Notes: generated by a model from the letters alone, not told the origin. Shown: positions 22,308-31,248, counted from the first letter of the stretch. The stretch: 64,000 nucleotides of DNA from an uncultured Actinomycetota bacterium (GCA_964603595.1 CAZRVN010000004.1:148678-212677); one strand, 5' to 3'. Numbers and translations: made by a program.

Positions 22308-22335
22308 TTGACTTATTTCACAATTAGTATATAAT
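22308..22335 (+). promoter_or_regulatory. Putative sigma-70 promoter for abiEi with an overlapping dyad
   Basis: TTGACT-16 nt-TATAAT lies 11 nt before the ATG. An AGTA...TACT dyad overlaps the -10 element and could be an autoregulatory operator. Confidence 0.4.
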
Positions 22336-22346
22336 ATGTACTAATT

Positions 22347-22979
22347 ATGAATCAAGTTAAAAAAATTAAAAAACTGGAAAATCTCAGCTATTTTAATAAA
22401 GATACCATATCGCAGTTTGTTGATATAAATAAAAACGCTCTTTCGCAAGACGTTAAGAGATGGATTCAAAATGGTACTTTAATACAGCTAAAAAAGGGGT
22501 TTTATGTTACCTCAAATTATTTTGAAAGACTGGGAAACAAAACTCCATACCTTGAATTTATATCAAACAAACTGAGGGAGCCGTCATATCTAAGTCTGGA
22601 ATATATTTTACAAAAATACGGAGTATTAACGGAATCAATCTATTCTATTAATTCCATAACCATCAAATCAAGTAGAATATATAGAAACAATCTTGGTCTT
22701 TTTATATACAGGAATATAAAAGATGAGCTTTTTACAGGTTTTAATATCACGGAAAAAAATGGCTTTATAGTTAAGGAATCTACAAAAGCCAAGGCCCTTT
22801 TTGACTGGCTCTATTTAAGAATGTTAAGATTTAAAAAAATAGACCTTGCTGTGATGGAATCATTCAGATTGAATCTTGAAAACTTTAAGAAAAAAGATTT
22901 TAAGGAATTTAAAATATATTGTGAGCTTGCAGGTATAAAAAAATATTTAAAACTTGCAGAGATAATTAAAAAAATATAA
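22347..22979 (+). CDS. abiEi: AbiEi-like antitoxin/transcriptional regulator (type IV TA / abortive infection)
   Basis: 210 aa. It lies directly upstream of a DUF1814/AbiEii-family nucleotidyltransferase gene with a 10-nt gap. Its size and position fit AbiEi. Confidence 0.6.
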   Translation: MNQVKKIKKLENLSYFNKDTISQFVDINKNALSQDVKRWIQNGTLIQLKKGFYVTSNYFERLGNKTPYLEFISNKLREPSYLSLEYILQKYGVLTESIYSINSITIKSSRIYRNNLGLFIYRNIKDELFTGFNITEKNGFIVKESTKAKALFDWLYLRMLRFKKIDLAVMESFRLNLENFKKKDFKEFKIYCELAGIKKYLKLAEIIKKI

Positions 22980-22989
22980 CTGCTATAAA

Positions 22990-23841
22990 ATGATTTATAG
23001 AGAACTAGAAAAAATATTAATCGAAGAAAGAGACAGAGGCTCGCATGATGCTTATATCCTTAACTTATTAAAGGAGTATCTTCAGGTATATGTACTCTAC
23101 TTTATCTATACAAATTCTAAATATAATAAAAATCTTATTTTTACCGGCGGCACCTGCCTAAGACATTTTTATAATCTGCCGAGACTTTCAGAAGACATAG
23201 ATTTTGATTTTAAGGAGAATTTTGACCGTAAGATTTTGCTTGATGACCTTGAAGAATATTATAAAAAAAGATATAAGTATAATGAAATAAAGCTGGCTTT
23301 AAAGCAGCGCGGAGAACAGATATTGCTAAAGTTTCCAGTTTTACATAAACTGGGTCTGGCAGAAGAAGATAAAAGCAATCTGCTATTTGTAAAGCTCGAT
23401 TTTTCAGTAAACCCATCAAAATACTTTAACCTCGAGACTACTTCAAAATCCATTTATGGTTTTAATTTTGCGGCAGTTCATTATGACCTGTCTTCCCTTA
23501 TGTCCGGCAAAATACACGCTATTTTGGTAAGAAAAATATTTAAGGGTATCAATAATACCGAAGTGATTAGAGGCAGGGATTATTTTGACCTCCTATGGTT
23601 CTTAAAAAAATCTATCAGACCCAATCTAAAAAGACTTTCAGAAATGCTTGGCACCAGCATTAGCATGAATTTTCTTGTAAAACAACTGGATTTAAAAGTT
23701 AAGGAGCTTGCCAGGAAACATAAGTCATTTTTAAAATCTGACATTGCCCCACTTATAAGCAGCCCTGATTTTATAAAAATCTATGTGGATAATTATTACG
23801 AGGAATACATGAGAAATAAAAAGAATCTCTTCCAGGAATAA
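22990..23841 (+). CDS. abiEii: AbiEii/AbiGii-family nucleotidyltransferase toxin
   Basis: It carries LIFTGGTCLRHFYNLPRLSEDIDFDF, the GG[ST]xL and [DE]x[DE] nucleotidyltransferase motifs typical of AbiEii (DUF1814). The product is 283 aa. Confidence 0.7.
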   Translation: MIYRELEKILIEERDRGSHDAYILNLLKEYLQVYVLYFIYTNSKYNKNLIFTGGTCLRHFYNLPRLSEDIDFDFKENFDRKILLDDLEEYYKKRYKYNEIKLALKQRGEQILLKFPVLHKLGLAEEDKSNLLFVKLDFSVNPSKYFNLETTSKSIYGFNFAAVHYDLSSLMSGKIHAILVRKIFKGINNTEVIRGRDYFDLLWFLKKSIRPNLKRLSEMLGTSISMNFLVKQLDLKVKELARKHKSFLKSDIAPLISSPDFIKIYVDNYYEEYMRNKKNLFQE

Positions 23842-23935
23842 AATAAATATAAAGTCTTATTTTAATTCCTTAATAGCTTTGCATATATCTCATTCAATCA
23901 TTATGATTCTACTTTTTCCATTAATAATGATTAAT

Positions 23936-24514
23936 TTACTCAAAAAGATATCTCATCTCATATTGTCTGCATACATTATATAACTCTTCCTCAGCCCTCT
24001 GGTAAAGCAAACCGGTTTTCAGGTAAAGCTCATTTAAGATACTGCTATTATATGTTGAGTAGCTTTCACTGTCATAATATGAAAGCACAAGCCCGATGGT
24101 TTCAATATCGCTTTTTATAAATTCAAGCTCATAGTCATGGAAAGTTTCAAGCGGGGAAGGGACGCTCTCAATCATAAGAAATTTATCCCTGAATGCAATT
24201 GCAGCATCAAGCCGGCGAGATACAAGCTCTTTTATCCGGTCTATATTTACAAACTCGCTTTCCATCTCTTCTGATAATTCAATCGTTTCTTTGATAAATT
24301 CATCCCTGGCAGGCTCAAACTCAAGATAATATTCTACAACCTCTCTCGCTTCTTCTAACTTTATCTCCTCAAGCATCTCCCTTTTGAGCCGTTCTTCTTC
24401 TCTGGCTTCTCTCTCTGCTGCTATCTTCCCGTGTTCAACAAGGATAACATTAAGACCGACCAGAATAACTGCTGCTAAAAGAATTACAAGGGCTATTTTA
24501 CTTTTTCCTTTCAT
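23936..24514 (-). CDS. Sortase-associated membrane-anchored coiled-coil protein (copy 2)
   Basis: It is paralogous to the ORF at 18750-19346 (AEREAREEERLKREMLEEIKLEEAREVVEYY). Its start overlaps the sortase 2 stop by 4 nt (ATGA). Confidence 0.6.
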   Translation of the reverse strand: MKGKSKIALVILLAAVILVGLNVILVEHGKIAAEREAREEERLKREMLEEIKLEEAREVVEYYLEFEPARDEFIKETIELSEEMESEFVNIDRIKELVSRRLDAAIAFRDKFLMIESVPSPLETFHDYELEFIKSDIETIGLVLSYYDSESYSTYNSSILNELYLKTGLLYQRAEEELYNVCRQYEMRYLFE

Positions 24515-25230
24515 TTCACCCCTCCATAAATATCCAGACCCATCGGATAGAGATTCAGGAGCTCAGAGATTACAACCAGTCTTTTCGCACCGGAATATTT
24601 CGGATGGCAGGTTGTAAGCAAAAGTTCCTTCTTATATGAGCCCTCAAGTATATATACATCTTCGGGGCTAACGATATCCATACCTGTAACAGCATACACG
24701 AATAATTCCTCCTTAATAGTTTCCAGATAAATAAGGTCTCCTTCTTCAAGCTCATCAATCCTGTTAAAAGGCGAGCCGTAAGTCGTTCTGTGGCCGGATA
24801 TCGTACACCTCCCGGTATCTCCGGGAAGCGGCGTTTCAGAGATATGGCCGGGCCCCTGCTCTAGGGATTGGGGTTCCGCCCCCTCCCAGGAAACAAGCTC
24901 AAGGCCTATCCGCGGGATAGTCAGTTTCGCAGGAAAAAAATCCCCCGATGTTAATGCACTATAATCCAGGCCGCCATTAATCTCATATTGTGCACCACCG
25001 CCGGAAGTGTTAAAAGTCTCCATGTCTGCTTCCGCACCACTGCTATCTTCGTCTGCTTTTTCTTCTTCAAGTAAAGCTTCTTTACCTTCCTCCCACTGTG
25101 ATAAATAAGACGCCCTTTCCTTTTCGGTTAAAATATTTGAATAAATAAGGTAAAAAAGAAATGACACAGTCAGTACAGCAAAAATACAAAGCAGAATAAT
25201 CTTTATTTTTTGTTTCCTGGTTTTATCCAT
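24511..25230 (-). CDS. Sortase (copy 2)
   Basis: It has a transmembrane anchor and the motifs GHRTTYGSPFNRIDEL and LLLTTCHP. It is about 75 percent identical to sortase 1 across the catalytic domain. Confidence 0.8.
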   Translation of the reverse strand: MDKTRKQKIKIILLCIFAVLTVSFLFYLIYSNILTEKERASYLSQWEEGKEALLEEEKADEDSSGAEADMETFNTSGGGAQYEINGGLDYSALTSGDFFPAKLTIPRIGLELVSWEGAEPQSLEQGPGHISETPLPGDTGRCTISGHRTTYGSPFNRIDELEEGDLIYLETIKEELFVYAVTGMDIVSPEDVYILEGSYKKELLLTTCHPKYSGAKRLVVISELLNLYPMGLDIYGGVK

Positions 25231-25287
25231 CTGCCACTCAGTTAAATTTTAGAGAAAATTATATCCCAATAGAGTTAAAGTTAAAAT

Positions 25288-25320
25288 AAAATAGCCCGGA
25301 CAATATGCCCGGGCTATTTT
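25288..25320 (-). terminator. Intrinsic terminator downstream of the LPFTG protein gene
   Basis: AAATAGCCCGGACAATATGCCCGGGCTATTT forms a perfect stem flanked by an A-tract and a T-tract. It lies 23 nt after the stop codon. Confidence 0.7.
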
Positions 25321-25342
25321 TCTATATATTATATTATATTTA

Positions 25343-28300
25343 TTACTTCCTTCTGAACTTCTTTTTCAGTGAAGCTATGAACATTGCCAGTCCACCCAGT
25401 ATTATGGAAACACCGGATATTGGAATAGCAGGATTCATTCCAGTGAATGGAAGTTCCGTAATACCCAATACCTCTATCCCACCATCAGGAGGTGTCTTGG
25501 AGTTAGTTCTGCTGAAACTATGGTTTCTCTTAGCCGAATTAACTTCTATTCCAGTAATATCACTCATTTTTGAATAACCTGACGGCACGGTAGTTTCTAC
25601 AATTCTGTAGGTACCGAATGGGAGATTTCCCCAGCTTACAGTACCATTTCCGGTTATCTTCTTTTCTCCGCCAACTGCAGCACCATTTGAATCATACAGG
25701 GTAAATCCTGCAACATCGGTAGAGTCAAGCCCGCTCTTTGTAAGGGTTACCGAACCACGATAGCTAACCTTTTTCGTGTTTTCTCTGTCAAAGGTGTAGC
25801 TCTGCTGGCCTTCATTTCTGGAATCAATAACTATTCCGGTAATATCTGCTATAGTATTATATCCGGAAGGAGTGGTTGTTTCCTTTATTGAGTATGTATC
25901 CCACTCAAGATCCGTCCAGACAACCGAACCGTTACCTGTTACCGTCTTTTCTCCTCCTACAGGATTATTACTTGAATCATACAGTGTAAATCCTGCAGTA
26001 TCATCATAATCAAGACCGCTCTTATTAAGTGTTATATCTCCAGGTATCCTCGGGTCAGCTATTTCCTGCGTAAGGATAACATTCGGAGTTTCGCTATTCA
26101 AACCAAATACAAACTCACCGATAGGCGGATTCCCGAAAAGCAGATATCCCGCTGGAGCACTTGCTTCTACCACTTTATAAGTTCCATATGGCAAGTCTAT
26201 CCATTTGTAGTGGCCATCAGGACCAAGGATCTGTGTATCAACCAGAATCCATGAACCCTCTCTATACAATTCAAATGTTGATCCGCCAAGAGGCAGCCCT
26301 GTAACAGCATCAGTCTTGAATATTTCAATGGAGCCCTTCTCGGCACAGTTCTCTATAACTACGGGAACTTCTGCACCTATATCACCTTCAATTGTTCCTG
26401 ACCATACCGGATTAGAAACTGTGTAGGTATATAAATTGGTTATTCCATTAAAGTCTTCAAGTATGTAGTAATCACCATAAGGAAGGTCTATCCAGCTTGC
26501 AGTTCCGCCGTTTGATACTGTCTGCGGTGAAGTAGCGATCAGGTTATCACTAGAATCATACAGTGACAGATTTGCCTCATCGTCTCCTTCAAGCCCTATC
26601 TTTGTAACTGTAATGGAGCCCTTCTCTGCAGTGTTTACCACTTCGACCGTAGGATTTTCGTTATCCGGACCGATAACTACCGGGTCGGATGATAGGTCTG
26701 TTGTGTAAGTAAATACGTTACCTGAAGGATAACTCTCTGTTAGGGTATAAGAGCCAAATGGAAGGTCAATCCATCCACCTGTTCCACCTTCACTCAGAGT
26801 GATATCAGTATAAGGGCCACCAGGGCCAGAAAGTGAGAATATTGCCTGGTCGCTCTCTTCCAGTCCAGTCTTGTGAACCGAAATGGAACCCTTCTCGGCA
26901 GTATTAGTTATAGTATCAGTTTCATCACCATCAACAGTGATATTAGCTACCGGATTAGAAACCGTATAGGTATATACGTTGGTTATTCCATTAAAGTCTT
27001 CAAGTATGTAGTAATCACCATAAGGAAGATCTATCCAGCTTGCAGTTCCGCCGTTTGATACTATCTGCGGTGAAGTGGCAATCAGGTTATCACTAGAATC
27101 ATACAGCGAAAGGTTTGCCTGATCATTACCTTCAAGACCTGTCTTTGTAACTGTAATTGAACCCTTCTCGGCAGTGTTGACTACCTCAATCGTCGGCCAT
27201 GTATTATCCGGGCCAATTATTATAGGATCGGACGAGAGGTCTGTTGTGTAAGTATATACGTTACCAGACGGATATGTTTCGGTTAAAGTGTAGCTACCAT
27301 ATGGCAGTTGTTGCCAGTGAATACTTCCATGATTCCATATCGACGCACCACCATAAGATACTCCGCCTGGGCCTGTAAGTGTAAAGGTCGCCCTATCGCT
27401 TCCCTCAAGACCTGTCTTGTGGACCGTAAGGTCGCCCATCTCGGCAGTGTTAGTTATGGTGTCAGTCTCATCACCATCAACGGTAATGTTTGCAACAGGA
27501 TTAGAAACCGTATAGGTATAGACGTTGGTTATTCCATTAAAGTCTTCGACTATATAGTAGCCGCCGTAAGGAAGGTCTATCCAGCTTGCCAATCCACCAT
27601 TTGATACTGTCTGCGGTGAAGTGGCAATCAGGTTATCACTAGAATCATACAGTGAAAGGTTTGCCTGATCATTACCTTTAAGACCCATCTTTGTAACCGT
27701 AATGGAGCCCATCTCGGCAGTGTTAGTTATGGTATCAGTTTCATCACCATTAACGGTAATATCAGCAACAGGATTAGAAACCGTATAGGTATATACGTTG
27801 GTTATTCCATTAAAGTCTTCGACTATATAGTAGCCGCCATAAGGAAGATCTATCCAGCTTGCCAATCCACCATTTGATACTGTCTGTGGTGAAGTGGCGA
27901 TCAGGTTATCACTAGAATCATACAGCGAGAGGTTTGCCTCATCGTCTCCTTCAAGACCTGTCTTTGTAACTGTAATGGAGCCCAAAGGACAATCTACGAT
28001 ATCTTCAACTGCATTTAATGCGCCACCTGTCATGAATAATGCGGTTCCTCCGATATAAACAGTATAAGTAGCCGTATCAACGGCGTATCCCGGAGGAGCA
28101 CTTTCTTCAGTTAACGAATATGTACCCCATGGCAGTCCATCTATAAATGCATTGCCATCCACATCTGTGGTTAAAGTATATTCCGTTACATCAGGTGTGA
28201 AAGTCTGGCCGCCGATATAGGTCAGCTTGTATACCGCACCTTCAACCGGACCCTGGGTCTCGGAATCAGTCTTGTTAAGCTCAAAGCTTCCCCATGCAGT

Positions 28301-29704
28301 ATAAGTGCCGGAATCGTCATCACACGGCTCACTGTAGCTTTCTATAACGAATCTCTGGTCGTATGCTTCGGGGTATGTGATTTCCTCATCATGCCATTCC
28401 CTATCTTCAAAGTAGTAGCCAGCAGGTTTGGTAACCGAAGGGGCACCATTTTCCCAATGACTCCATACTATACCAGTCTCTTGTGTCCAGTATGTACCTA
28501 TCCAAACATCTTCATACGTCCCATAAATTCCGTCCTGTCCCTGTTTTTCAGTAACTACCATCTTACCGGCATTGAAATAGTCAATATCCACATTATCCGG
28601 ATTTTCAGTAATTACATCTCCATTTACGTCAGTTGCAACTATATGCGGGGAATTATAAGATCCCGGATCCTCTGTATCATCATAATCAGGATTTTCAATA
28701 GTCTGTATAACATTCATATTTGAATTGAACTCATCAAGGTCTTCTCCCTGTTCCTTGTCAATCTCTCCATCCTCATCAATATCAAGACATGCGCCTATGT
28801 TAACAGACATTTCCTCAAATTCGGAATAACCTTCTCCCCACCAGTAGAAATAGTATGGGATGCTTGCAAAACCGTAATTATCATCGGTTATCGCGCCATC
28901 GCCATCGGTATCCTCGGCATTACTGCCGTCATTATCATCCTCGTAATCATACATAGTGGAAGTAGTTTCAAGTACAAGGTCCGTCTGTGAAAAACTGACA
29001 TTATATGAACCCAAGAGCACATACCAGGAAACAGTTTTACCTTCATCGGTAATACCCGGAACCAGAGGATTTTCCATTGTAGCAGTAGCTTCAAATTCAT
29101 TATAATCGCCATTTTCATCTACCAGAGTATCCGCATCAAGGGCCACTTCTACTTCATTTACATTTTCATCATCCAGATATTCCTGCAACGACACGTCATT
29201 ACTAGGATCAGTATCATTGTTTTCAGGCAGTGCGACAAAACCATCTGCCATGGTCATAACTGCAAGTACTACTTCTTCCACATCATCATTAGGAGTGTAG
29301 TCCACATTATTATCTATTATATCCCACACAGCATCCTGATTTTGACCATCGGTAGCACCTGTAGCAGTTGTTGCCATGATCTCGGCTGCCTCAGCATTTA
29401 CTTCATCAACACCATTTGCCTGAAGCTCATCCGATACATCCGTACCTGTTTCGCTGTAAGCATCCGTAGCGTCGGTCAAGGTTACATCTTCATCCACACA
29501 ATAAACATCCATCTCTTCACCTGCAGGCGCCTCCTCAGGTTCATCGGAATAATCAGCATCATTAGGATCCATTTCATATTGGCCATTATCCGGTCCTTCT
29601 GCAGTTGAATTATCACCGGGTTCACCAAATAGGAAAGATGGTGCTGTGAAGAATACGATAAGAACAATCCCCAGGCATAACGCCATAAGTCTTTTTAATT
29701 TCAT
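25343..29704 (-). CDS. Giant sortase-anchored surface protein. It has a signal peptide, an acidic region, tandem Cna-B/SpaA-like domains and an LPFTG sorting signal.
   Basis: 1453 aa. The signal peptide reads MKLKRLMALCLGIVLIVFFTAPSFLFG. The N-terminal 300 aa are D/E-rich. SpaA-type motifs TYxxxExxAPxGY occur (TYKVVEASAPAGY, TYRIVETTVPSGY). The C-terminus reads ELPFTGMNPAIPISGVSIILGGLAMFIASLKKKFRRK, which is a sorting motif, a transmembrane segment and a basic tail. Confidence 0.85.
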   Translation of the reverse strand: MKLKRLMALCLGIVLIVFFTAPSFLFGEPGDNSTAEGPDNGQYEMDPNDADYSDEPEEAPAGEEMDVYCVDEDVTLTDATDAYSETGTDVSDELQANGVDEVNAEAAEIMATTATGATDGQNQDAVWDIIDNNVDYTPNDDVEEVVLAVMTMADGFVALPENNDTDPSNDVSLQEYLDDENVNEVEVALDADTLVDENGDYNEFEATATMENPLVPGITDEGKTVSWYVLLGSYNVSFSQTDLVLETTSTMYDYEDDNDGSNAEDTDGDGAITDDNYGFASIPYYFYWWGEGYSEFEEMSVNIGACLDIDEDGEIDKEQGEDLDEFNSNMNVIQTIENPDYDDTEDPGSYNSPHIVATDVNGDVITENPDNVDIDYFNAGKMVVTEKQGQDGIYGTYEDVWIGTYWTQETGIVWSHWENGAPSVTKPAGYYFEDREWHDEEITYPEAYDQRFVIESYSEPCDDDSGTYTAWGSFELNKTDSETQGPVEGAVYKLTYIGGQTFTPDVTEYTLTTDVDGNAFIDGLPWGTYSLTEESAPPGYAVDTATYTVYIGGTALFMTGGALNAVEDIVDCPLGSITVTKTGLEGDDEANLSLYDSSDNLIATSPQTVSNGGLASWIDLPYGGYYIVEDFNGITNVYTYTVSNPVADITVNGDETDTITNTAEMGSITVTKMGLKGNDQANLSLYDSSDNLIATSPQTVSNGGLASWIDLPYGGYYIVEDFNGITNVYTYTVSNPVANITVDGDETDTITNTAEMGDLTVHKTGLEGSDRATFTLTGPGGVSYGGASIWNHGSIHWQQLPYGSYTLTETYPSGNVYTYTTDLSSDPIIIGPDNTWPTIEVVNTAEKGSITVTKTGLEGNDQANLSLYDSSDNLIATSPQIVSNGGTASWIDLPYGDYYILEDFNGITNVYTYTVSNPVANITVDGDETDTITNTAEKGSISVHKTGLEESDQAIFSLSGPGGPYTDITLSEGGTGGWIDLPFGSYTLTESYPSGNVFTYTTDLSSDPVVIGPDNENPTVEVVNTAEKGSITVTKIGLEGDDEANLSLYDSSDNLIATSPQTVSNGGTASWIDLPYGDYYILEDFNGITNLYTYTVSNPVWSGTIEGDIGAEVPVVIENCAEKGSIEIFKTDAVTGLPLGGSTFELYREGSWILVDTQILGPDGHYKWIDLPYGTYKVVEASAPAGYLLFGNPPIGEFVFGLNSETPNVILTQEIADPRIPGDITLNKSGLDYDDTAGFTLYDSSNNPVGGEKTVTGNGSVVWTDLEWDTYSIKETTTPSGYNTIADITGIVIDSRNEGQQSYTFDRENTKKVSYRGSVTLTKSGLDSTDVAGFTLYDSNGAAVGGEKKITGNGTVSWGNLPFGTYRIVETTVPSGYSKMSDITGIEVNSAKRNHSFSRTNSKTPPDGGIEVLGITELPFTGMNPAIPISGVSIILGGLAMFIASLKKKFRRK
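26317..27982 (-). repeat. Tandem near-identical repeats of about 280 bp inside the surface-protein gene
   Basis: Protein-level units of about 92 aa (GSITVTKTGLEG.D.ANLSLYDSSDNLIATSPQTVSNGG.ASWIDLPYG.YYI.EDFNGITNVYTYTVSNPVA.ITV.GDETDTITNTAE) recur four times. They are interleaved with two copies of a related B unit. Long stretches are visibly identical at the nucleotide level. Confidence 0.8.
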
Positions 29705-29754
29705 ATCCTTTCACCTCCCAATAATAAACACATATTGATTATTTTATTTTTCAT
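29701..29754 (-). other. Possible 17-codon upstream ORF (MKNKIINMCLLLGGERI) translationally coupled to the surface-protein gene
   Basis: A GGGGG RBS sits 8 nt upstream of its ATG. Its TGA stop overlaps the main ATG in an ATGA arrangement. Confidence 0.25.
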
Positions 29755-30060
29755 TATTTTTTCCCCCTCTTTATTTTAGGTTAATTTATTATTTAAAACC
29801 GACCCCCATAGCCAGTTGAGTTATTTTTAAAAATCCCTATATAAATACAAAAACCGACTACATTTAGTCGGTTTCGCTATTTGCTCCTCTTTTCTCAAGC
29901 GTCCAAATTAGAGAAAAGCATCAAAGCTACTAAATCAAAAATTAAGCTATTTCTTCCTTTGCTCTCTATTCAATAAAAGTATTTTATAAATTTTATATAA
30001 CTATAATATTTAAGTGATGAAATTATACTACATCTTTAAGAAAAATACCAAACTTTTTTT
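29705..30060 (-). promoter_or_regulatory. Promoter plus structured 5' leader (copy 1 of a duplicated ~200-bp element) upstream of the LPFTG protein gene
   Basis: On the minus strand there is a -35/-10-like pair near 30040-30010. Hairpin B (CTTTTCTC...GAGAAAAG, 29888-29918) comes next. Hairpin A (CCGACT-N6-AGTCGG, 29854-29871) follows and is trailed by UUUUU. Confidence 0.5.
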
Positions 30061-30177
30061 ATAAAACTGTTATTTTAATAAAACTATAGTCAGACATTTT
30101 TTATATATCTATAATACAATATTCTAATTATAAAATGCCCTTATATTAAAATCACCTTATAATTTATTACTTATATC

Positions 30178-31248
30178 CTAAAAATCCACTTCAACTCCCG
30201 CATCCCTTAATTCATCTACCTGGCTTTCATCTGCAACAGGATTGCCTTTAATATAAAGCTTCTGTAAATTCGGAAGTTCCTTTAAAGCTGAGATGTCTGT
30301 TATTTCATTATCTTCCAGCCAGAGTGATTCAAGGCTTTTAATCTTTGAAAGTGATGAAATATCAGATATCTTATTCTTTGAAAGAGCCAGCTGCTTTAGA
30401 TTTTCCAACTCTGCCAGCGGTGATATATCTTCTATCTCACACTCGCTGAGACTTACAATCTCTAATTTTTCCATTTCACCCAGCGCTGATATATCTGATA
30501 ACGGGTTATTGCCCAGCATAATTAATACAAGATTAGATAAGCTTGATAACGGGCTGATATCTGATACATTATTGTTAGCCAGGGAAAGGTTCTTTAGATT
30601 TTTTAATTCAGATATAGCGCCAACATCTGCTATCTGGTTCCTGTTTAAACCCAGAACCTCTAAATTAGTAAGTTCTAATAAAGAGGGGATATCTACAATC
30701 AGATTATTATCCAGAACAGCCACCTTTAATTTATCAAGACCTATTAATGGAGAGATGTCTAATATTTCATTTTTGCCCAGACTGACACTTTCTAAATTTA
30801 CTAAATCCTCAAGCGGTCCTATATCTGTTATTTTATTATCATTCAGCCCGAGATTTGCAAGACTGTTAATATTAGAAAGAGGTGATATGTTACTGATTAG
30901 ATTACCATTTAGATTTAATATACGTAGTTTTGTAAGTTTTGACAGGGGTGATATATCAGTTATTTCATTATTGTTTAAACTTAGATTTTCTAAGTTTACA
31001 GCATCTTCAACGCCTGAGATAGTTTTTATCTCCATATTGTCTGCAAATAATTTATCCATTGACTCCATATCTTCAGCGCTTATTTCTTCACCGGTTATGC
31101 CCAGCTCTTCCTTCTCAGCTTTTAAAAGGTTCGGGTCGCTTGCTCTCTTAAATAAACTGCATCCCGGAATACTAACTGATATAATTAACGCTAAAATAAA
31201 TACCGGTGCTGCATAAATAAATTTTTTCATATATATCTTATGTTCCAT
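30178..31248 (-). CDS. Leucine-rich-repeat (internalin-like, 22-residue LRR) lipoprotein
   Basis: About 12 tandem LRRs of the form NLxxLxLxxNxIxDISPLxxLxxL are present. The N-terminus MEHKIYMKKFIYAAPVFILALIISVSIPGC is a signal peptide with a lipobox Cys. The track ORF start at 31341 would read through a terminator hairpin and is rejected. Confidence 0.75.
   Translation of the reverse strand: MEHKIYMKKFIYAAPVFILALIISVSIPGCSLFKRASDPNLLKAEKEELGITGEEISAEDMESMDKLFADNMEIKTISGVEDAVNLENLSLNNNEITDISPLSKLTKLRILNLNGNLISNISPLSNINSLANLGLNDNKITDIGPLEDLVNLESVSLGKNEILDISPLIGLDKLKVAVLDNNLIVDIPSLLELTNLEVLGLNRNQIADVGAISELKNLKNLSLANNNVSDISPLSSLSNLVLIMLGNNPLSDISALGEMEKLEIVSLSECEIEDISPLAELENLKQLALSKNKISDISSLSKIKSLESLWLEDNEITDISALKELPNLQKLYIKGNPVADESQVDELRDAGVEVDF

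Noticed and set aside
26317-27982. Regularly spaced near-identical repeats that could suggest a CRISPR array
   Set aside because: The repeat units are about 280 bp, in-frame and protein-coding (Cna-B-like domains of the adhesin). There are no short 25-40-bp repeats with unique spacers.
30293-31216. 307-aa plus-strand ORF
   Set aside because: It is antisense to the LRR lipoprotein gene. Its Ser-rich low-complexity translation is a mirror artefact of the repetitive LRR codons.
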